From positions 1,674,001 to 1,738,000 of the forward strand of contig AP026125.1 in the NCBI GenBank assembly GCA_030295235.1: 64,000 nt of DNA, read 5' to 3'. Below are positions 63,225 through 64,000 of this stretch, piece after piece. The notes below the pieces were generated by a model. That model was given only the letters and a program-made list of their open reading frames with translations, was not told the DNA's origin and ran no database searches. The stretch is from Fistulifera solaris. Taxonomy: Eukaryota. Within the stretch, counting starts at the first letter, position 1; each line of letters opens with the position of its first letter. A program made the position numbers and the translations under genes.

Positions 63225-64000
63225 TCATAACTCGTCTTCGTCATCTTGATTGTTCAGAGTAGCCTGAATGATTTTTGCGCCAATTGAGAGCGATTCAATG
63301 CATTTCTCTTGGAACGCGACCGTATCTTCCTGGTGAATTATCTGATCACTGTCCGCTTCACTGTTTTCGACATCAATCGTGGCCTCATTACTATCTTCTT
63401 CGATAACAAAGTTAGGACTAGGAACCCCGTTTTTGAGCCAATTAAAGTCGCGAACATCCCCCATAGATACATCTCGTCTTTTCCAAAAGGTGATGCGACT
63501 ACAACCCTCCAAAATGGCACCACCTTTGAAAAAGACGTAACAATCGAGACCTGTTGATCCATGCAATCGCAATTGCTGACAAGTCGACCTCAACGTCATT
63601 TGATGGCAGTCGGTAACATGAATAGCCCCACCAACATTATTTTCAATAATCATACTGGATCCACGGACCGAAAGTAAATGAATCGATTGATAGAAGCCAC
63701 GTCTGTGCGATCAAGGAGGCGTGATGGATTGTGAGCAATGTGAGCCAAAGAGGAGGATTAGAAGATTATACAGTACGCTACTTACAATACTATCGTGCAA
63801 TTTGTAATGTTGTGCAAGGCAAGAAATGTAAGATTGGCAGTGAGTTGGTACCCGTCCACACCTTCCACCACCCCGTTGCCATGAACAATTACTCCATCCA
63901 AATTTTGAATGCCCGAGAGTGTTCGCGATGGATCAAGTCGTTTCGATTGCGACTCGGTCGGTGCTTTCGCTTTGTTTTTCCTCAATGCTCCCGACTCTTC
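63225..64000 (-). CDS. TBCC: Tubulin-binding cofactor C domain protein, 3' part; intron 63703-63785; start lies outside the window
   Basis: VGGAIHVTDC, CQQLRLH, AILEGCSRITF, VRDFNWLKNGVPSPNF; the GTAAG..CACAG intron joins NCTIVL|RGFY. Confidence 0.85.

Overview
Gene-dense eukaryotic nuclear DNA, most consistent with a diatom or other stramenopile. Supporting signs are short GT-AG introns, bipartite signal-plus-F plastid presequences, an ODC-OPRT-order UMP synthase and diatom-style PDZ/ankyrin proteins; the species cannot be fixed from the sequence alone. About 28 protein genes are recognisable, including ENT, FabI, a TPR protein, CPSF30, PEX3, GH38 mannosidase II, UTP5-like, homoserine dehydrogenase, cysteine synthase, GPKOW, an auxilin-like J protein, a histidine phosphatase, MIOS, an FtsH-like AAA protein, a macrodomain protein, UMPS, LrgB/PLGG1 and TBCC. 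Roughly 25 single-frame shifts split otherwise intact genes and look like assembly indel errors. Non-coding content is rich: (1) a solitary 5S rRNA gene; (2) two box C/D snoRNAs inside a long UMPS intron, one U18-like and one with two elements complementary to adjacent LSU rRNA segments; (3) three arrays of a dyad-core minisatellite (CCAGAWTTTCTGG; 52-bp monomer, with a 7-mer ~366-bp higher-order repeat at 29.3-30.3 kb) whose palindrome arms co-vary; (4) a dispersed ~215-bp-unit repeat with a conserved CTACGT..ACGTAG hairpin at three loci; (5) a second dispersed repeat pair. The most unusual protein architectures are CPSF30 zinc fingers + YTH + DCD, a signal/RXL/TM/PDZ protein, PH + auxilin-type J domain, and a ~2,450-aa propeller/LamG protein carrying adaptor-binding-like Phe motifs. 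All alignments and base-pairings were made by eye; no searches were run.
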